This document shows, piece after piece, positions 59,181-64,000 of a DNA stretch of 64,000 nt. The DNA is taken from NCBI RefSeq assembly GCF_009914755.1, contig NC_060947.1. One strand, written 5' to 3'. The position numbers and the translations under genes were made by a program. This DNA is from the human T2T-CHM13v2.0 reference genome, Homo sapiens. The first letter of the stretch is position 1. Every line of letters starts with the position of its first letter. The notes under the pieces are model-generated. The model did not search any database, was not told the DNA's origin, and saw nothing but the letters and a program-made list of their open reading frames with translations.

Positions 59181-60085
59181 CTTTGTGGTTTTATCTACTT
59201 TTGGTTTTTGATGATGGTGATGTACAGATTGGTTTTTGGTGTGGATGTCCTTTCTGTTTGTTAGTTTTCCTTCTAACAGACCGGACCCTCAGCTGCAGGT
59301 CTGTTGGAGTACCCGGCCGTGTGAAGTGTCAGTCTGCCCCTGCTGGGGTGGTGCCTCCCAGTTAGGCTGCTCGGATGTCAGCAGTCAGGGACCCACTTAA
59401 GGAGGCAGTCTGCCCATTCTCAGATCTCCACCTGCTTGCTGGGAGAACCACTGTTTTCTTCAAAGCTGTCAGACAGGGACATTTAAGTCTGCAGAGGTTA
59501 CTGCTGTCTTTTTGTTTGTCTGTGCCCTGCCCCCAGAGGTGGAGCCTACAGAGGCAGGCAGGCCTCCTTGAGCTGTGGTGGGCTCCACCCAGTTCCAGCT
59601 TCCAGGCTGCTTTGTTTACCTAAGCAAGCCTGGGCAATGGCGGGCGCCCCTCCCCCAGCCTCGCTGCCGCCTTGCAGTTTGATCTCAGACTGCTGTGCTA
59701 GCAATCAGCGAGACTCCGTGGGCGTAGGACCCTCCGAGCCAGGTGCGGGATATAATCTCCTGGCGCGCCCTTTTTTAAGCCCATCGGAAAAGCGCAGTAT
59801 TCAGGTGGGAGTGACCCGATTTTCCAGGTGCCGTCTGTCACCCCTTTCTTTGACTAGGAAAGGGAACTCCCTGACCCCTTGTGCTTCCCGAGTGAGGCAA
59901 TGCCTCACCCTGCTTCGGCTCGTGCATGGTGTGCGCACCCACTGACCTGTGCCCACTGTCTGGCACTCCCTAGTGAGATGAACCCCGTACCTCAGATGGA
60001 AATGCAGAAATCACCCATCTTCTGCGTCACTCACGCTCGGAGCTGTAGACCGGAGCTGTTCCTATTCGGCCATCTTGGCTCCTCC
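59181..60085. promoter_or_regulatory. L1 5'UTR: internal sense promoter (YY1 site) and antisense promoter
   Basis: gccatcttg (YY1) at 60069-60077; residual CpG cluster at about 59635-59840; the most GC-rich part of the window. Confidence 0.75.
59637..59945 (+). CDS. L1 antisense ORF0 (102-aa extended form)
   Basis: gcaATGg start; MAGAPPPASLPPCSLISDCCASNQRDSVGVGPSEPG is the primate L1 ORF0 N-terminus; open to TGA at 59943-45. Expression is not shown. Confidence 0.7.
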   Translation: MAGAPPPASLPPCSLISDCCASNQRDSVGVGPSEPGAGYNLLARPFLSPSEKRSIQVGVTRFSRCRLSPLSLTRKGNSLTPCASRVRQCLTLLRLVHGVRTH

Positions 60086-60177
60086 AACTGTATGGTGGTT
60101 CTAATGCTGTAATTCTCTGCCTTTCTTTCACTGGTTGTCTAGTTTTGTAATTTGAAAAATATTTTATGTTTTAGCTT

Positions 60178-60351
60178 AGGCTCTTGCTTCTCAAAGTGTT
60201 ATCCTTGGATCAGTAGCACCAGCATCACCTGGGAGCTTGCTAGAAAGACAAAATTTGAGGCCCACTTCAATCCAATTGAGTCAGAATCTGCATTTAATAA
60301 CATCTCCAGAAGATTTGTTTGTACATTAATATTAGAATCACGTTGTTCTAG
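60178..60351. mobile_element. MER5B-like DNA transposon
   Basis: ttctcaaagtgt...agcatcacctgggagcttg.tagaaa...tcagaatctgcattt. Confidence 0.75.
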
Positions 60352-60862
60352 GTCAGCAGGTTTCAAAGTTTAATAAATGGGTGAGGCCAGGCTTGGTGGC
60401 TCATGCCTGTAATCCCAGCACTTTGGGAGGCCAAGGCGGAGGGATCATGAGGTCAGGAGTTCAAGACCAGCCTGGCCAACATGGTGAAACTCAGTCTCTA
60501 CAAAAATTCAAAAAAATTAGCCGCGCATGGTGGCATGCACCTGTAATCCCAGCTACTTGGGAGGCTGAGGTGGAAGAATCACTTGAACCTGGAGGCTGAG
60601 GTTGCAGTGAGCGGAGATTGTGCCATTGCATTCCAGCCTGGGCGACAGAGTGAGACTCCGTCTAAAAAAATAAAAATAAAAAAATTAAATAAATGGGCAA
60701 ACTATATTAAAAGCATCTTAAGAACTTGTTTTAAATAAAGATTTCTGGAACCCATTCCAGACCTGCGTAGAATTCATATAGGTAGAACTTTGGAAATCTG
60801 CATTTTGAACACACTTTAAGTAATTATTATGCAGATTGAAGTGTGAGAGCTGCTGATTTAGA
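60352..60862. mobile_element. Second MER5-like element split by an Alu
   Basis: cagcaggtttcaaa start; ggaaatctgcattttgaaca...gaagtgtgagagctgctg end. Confidence 0.55.
60385..60687 (+). mobile_element. AluSg-like element (the only sense-oriented Alu in the window)
   Basis: ggatcatgaggtcaggagttc diagnostic; TSD aataaatgggtga / aataaatgggcaa (60372-60384 / 60688-60700). Confidence 0.92.
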
Positions 60863-61489
60863 AACTGCAGTTATCAAGTAGGATTATTTTTTTCTTTTAA
60901 CAGGTAGTTCATATTGCATTTTTACAGTTAATATTTCTGTATATTTTAGGAAAACGTGCTCTTTGTATTTAAGCAGGGATGATTCAGACACATGTAGATT
61001 GCTATTTTGTCTCAAAATGGTGTATGTACAGTGTATAAAAATATGATATTTATTACGTTGGGCTAGTCATTTTATTTGTGTGTCAAATTTTATGATCCTT
61101 GTGACTACTTTTTAGCCAGAACAGATTATCACCAAAATAAATTTCTCCAATTAGTTACCTTGGATTTATAGAAATATAAATAAATGTTGGAATATTCTTC
61201 TGCCTCATAATTTTATGAAATTTAGATGAGAATTTAGAATTTAGTAGCTGACTTTAAATGTAAATTACTCTCTGGAGAGGAATTCTTCTTTATGTATTTG
61301 CCTAATTGTGACTTAATAATAATATAGGTGAATCTGGTAGTCTGAAAGATGTTTCACAAAGTTCACAGTTTACATTTTACTATAGTTAATTTTGTCTGTT
61401 TAAAAATTTTTAGTATTTAATATTCACATAATTCTTTATAATTCTTATATGAAAGCATCAGAAATATCAATTTAAAACAATAGTACAGA

Positions 61490-62170
61490 ATCTGATGTTG
61501 GCATTAGTTCAGCCACTGTGGAAAGCAGTTTGGAGATTTCTCAAAGAACTTAAAATAGAGTTACCATTTGATCCAGCAATCGTAATAGTGGGTATATACC
61601 CAAAGATAAGCAAATCATTCTACCAGAAATACACATGCACTCGTATGTTCATTGCAGCACTATTCACAGTAAGAAAGACATGGAATCAACTTAGGTGCCC
61701 ATCAATGGTGGATTGGATAAAGAAAACGTGGTACATATGCACCATGGAATACTCTGCAGCCATAAAAATGAAAGAGATCATGTTCTTTGCAAAAACATGA
61801 AAACAGCTGGAGGCCATCATCCTAAGAGAATTGATGCAGAAACTAAAAACCAATTACCACATGTCCTTATTTATAAGTGGGAGCCAAACATTGGGTACAC
61901 ATGGACATAAAGATGGGAACAATACACACTGGCAACTACTAGAGGGCAGAGGGATGGAGGGGCAAGGACTGCAATACTACCTATTGGGTACTATGCTCAC
62001 TATCTGGGTAATGAGATCAATTATACCCCAAACCTCAGCATCATGCAATATACCTGTGTACCAACCCTGCACATGAACTCTCTGCATCTAAAATAAAAGT
62101 TGAAAGTTTTAAAAATAATAAAATAAAAAATAAAAATTTGACTAAAGAAAAAAATAGAATAAGAAAAATA
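61490..62170 (+). mobile_element. 5'-truncated L1PA15-17/L1PB-like element
   Basis: ORF2 C-terminus (ORF 61495-61800), 3'UTR and A-rich tail. Confidence 0.85.
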
Positions 62171-62207
62171 ATAAATTTTAGGATGTAGGAAAATGTGTTT
62201 TAGTTTA

Positions 62208-62250
62208 TATGTGCAGAGTTGTGTGTGTGTTTGTGGGTGTGTGTGTGTGT
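62208..62250. repeat. Imperfect (TG)n
   Basis: Read directly from the sequence. Confidence 0.85.
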
Positions 62251-63105
62251 ATCAAGACAAAAACTTTTGATTAATTTATTACTAGCCTAGTTTTTCTCAA
62301 AAAGCTAGCATTTTGGGATCTCAATAACTGTTACATAATAAAAGGGGTTTCTTTTGATAAATCAAGTTTGGATATTTTATTCTTAACAATATTTGACACA
62401 ATCTGTTCACTTCTGAAGGTAGAATTAGCCATTCGTGACATGAATTTTCATGACATCTTTAATGTACTGCTAAGGCATCATTTGTATGCTATTCCTACCC
62501 TATGATGTGAGCAGCCTGAGGCAAAAATGTTTGTGTTTCCAGAACCTCATGTCCTACAAGTAAGAAACAAATGCGTCTCTATAACTATTTCTTGAATATA
62601 TGAGCATTGTCATATAGGAAGACTTTCCATTGCTGTGTGATTTCAGAAGATGGCATAATTATTAACATACTGATTGACTAGCTACCCACATCTCATGTCC
62701 ACTCCTGAAAGAAACATTTTTCTTTTATGGAAATAGGTTTAGAAATTATGAAACGTGTACAGCTCTGGTGATGTGTAAGACCAGTGTGATATTTCCTGTT
62801 TGTTTCTGGAATATAATTTGACCAGTCACTTATCTTCTAAATGTCCTTGCTATGAGAATTCAGTGCTGCCATTCCATATAAAAAGATACTATGTTTCACA
62901 TATTTCCATTCCCGATCTTTCCCTTCTTTCTAACATATATCTTTTGAGTTGCAGAATGAAAGCACATGGATTTTTTTAAACTGTAGTTTATTCTGATTCT
63001 AAGGATATTTTGTGAATGATAGGAAAAAATAAAAGAAGAATGTTTTGTGGTTATCGGAATTTTGTTGCAATCAATTAAAAATAATTATTTCTTCATTTAT
63101 TCCAG

Positions 63106-63183
63106 TGTCATTTTGGTGGAATCCTCAACATTTGTCTCTTCGCCAACGAAGTTAACTGAATCCAGGCAATACCCGAAACATGA
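63106..63183 (+). CDS. CFAP47: CFAP47 coding exon G: (S)VILVESSTFVSSPTKLTESRQYPKH(E/D)
   Basis: ttcttcatttattccag acceptor; GA|gtaagt donor; 78 nt, phase 2/2, open in the frame set by exon F. Confidence 0.82.
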
Positions 63184-63390
63184 GTAAGTGTCTATATTTT
63201 GTACTCATAAGTATCTGAGAAAAAGTTTTGAGAAATAAGTAGTCAAGGAAACTAGTTATATAATTACACAATAGTTTACATTTATTCAAAATGTTTAATT
63301 TACCTAATTCACACTCATATCCAAATATATATTTATATGTTACTAGATTCATGTGCATAAAAATTGAATAAATCTGAACTTGATTAAATA

Positions 63391-63930
63391 TAGTAGATTT
63401 TCATTATTTGTGGTAGTTATGTTCTATAAAATTTCTGCACATATTATGTTTGTGAATACTGAACCATTATTCCAAGAAGAAACACATATAATCATACAGA
63501 TTACAATAGTAAACTCTAAAAATAACCTGTCATGGAAGACTCTATTTTCTTTTTTTTTTTACAAAATGAAAACAAAGTTCAGAAGTATCAGATGGCTTTC
63601 CTGACACTGCCCCAATAAAAGGCATCAGAGAAGGTATTCAAACCCTGTCCACTAGGCCTGAGTGTCTTGCATTACTCTGCACTGCCCACTATTGTCTCTA
63701 CCTCTTGTCATCTCTATACTTTTATAAGGATTGAAATAAGAAGGCCCCTTGTCACCTTGTTTGACCTCAGCTGCGAATTGGTGCAACCGGTGATGAGAAC
63801 TTTTCACCACTCTGTGCACGTCCTTTAACACCATGAACGCACCATGAGTATTGATTTTGGGGTTGCAAATACATTTTAGGAAGTAGGTGGATTTGCAAAT
63901 ATGGAATTCATGGATAATGAGGATTGACAG
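63391..63930 (-). mobile_element. MER82-like TcMar-Tigger DNA transposon
   Basis: Degenerate terminal inverted repeats tagtagattttcattatt / ataatgaggattgacag; gagtattgattttggggtt..aaata.attttag motif; MIR-like segment inside (about 63550-63680). Confidence 0.78.
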
Positions 63931-64000
63931 GATTTAAATTTATTCTACCTACTTTATGAGGGCTATATTTAGTTTATAAAGAAATTTGCTGAATAATGAA

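Overview
Primate (human-like) genomic DNA, AT-rich and densely filled with retroelements. It is not prokaryotic: there are no operons, rRNA/tRNA genes or CRISPR arrays. Seven + strand coding exons (21721-21818, 22111-22227, 28982-29116, 32869-32984, 43187-43337, 44442-44530, 63106-63183; 784 nt in total) have GT-AG boundaries and mutually compatible phases. They splice into one open frame encoding a calponin-homology (CH) domain followed by ASH/Ig-like repeats. I recognise this as the middle of CFAP47 (the former CHDC2/CXorf59 part; X-linked in human). The introns contain a near full-length L1MA, a 5'-truncated L1PA7-like copy, a full-length L1PA3-like element antisense to the gene, older L1M/L2/MIR fragments, seven Alus, MaLR/ERVL/ERV1 LTRs and MER DNA transposons. 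Best observations: (1) a BC200 (BCYRN1) RNA retrocopy with a perfect 15-bp TSD and no poly(A) tail; (2) an L1 antisense promoter with an intact, extended ORF0 pointing at the next host exon, with one phase-compatible donor; (3) a 4x73-bp tandem repeat that creates three in-frame 39-nt pseudo-exons and AG|GT sites; (4) a TSD-flanked 740-bp L1 whose 5' end is fused to its 3' end; (5) a sense LTR ending 34 nt before an exon; (6) a splice donor that overlaps an in-frame stop. Repeat subfamily names come from recalled consensus features, and the boundaries of old repeats are approximate. All functional proposals are untested hypotheses.
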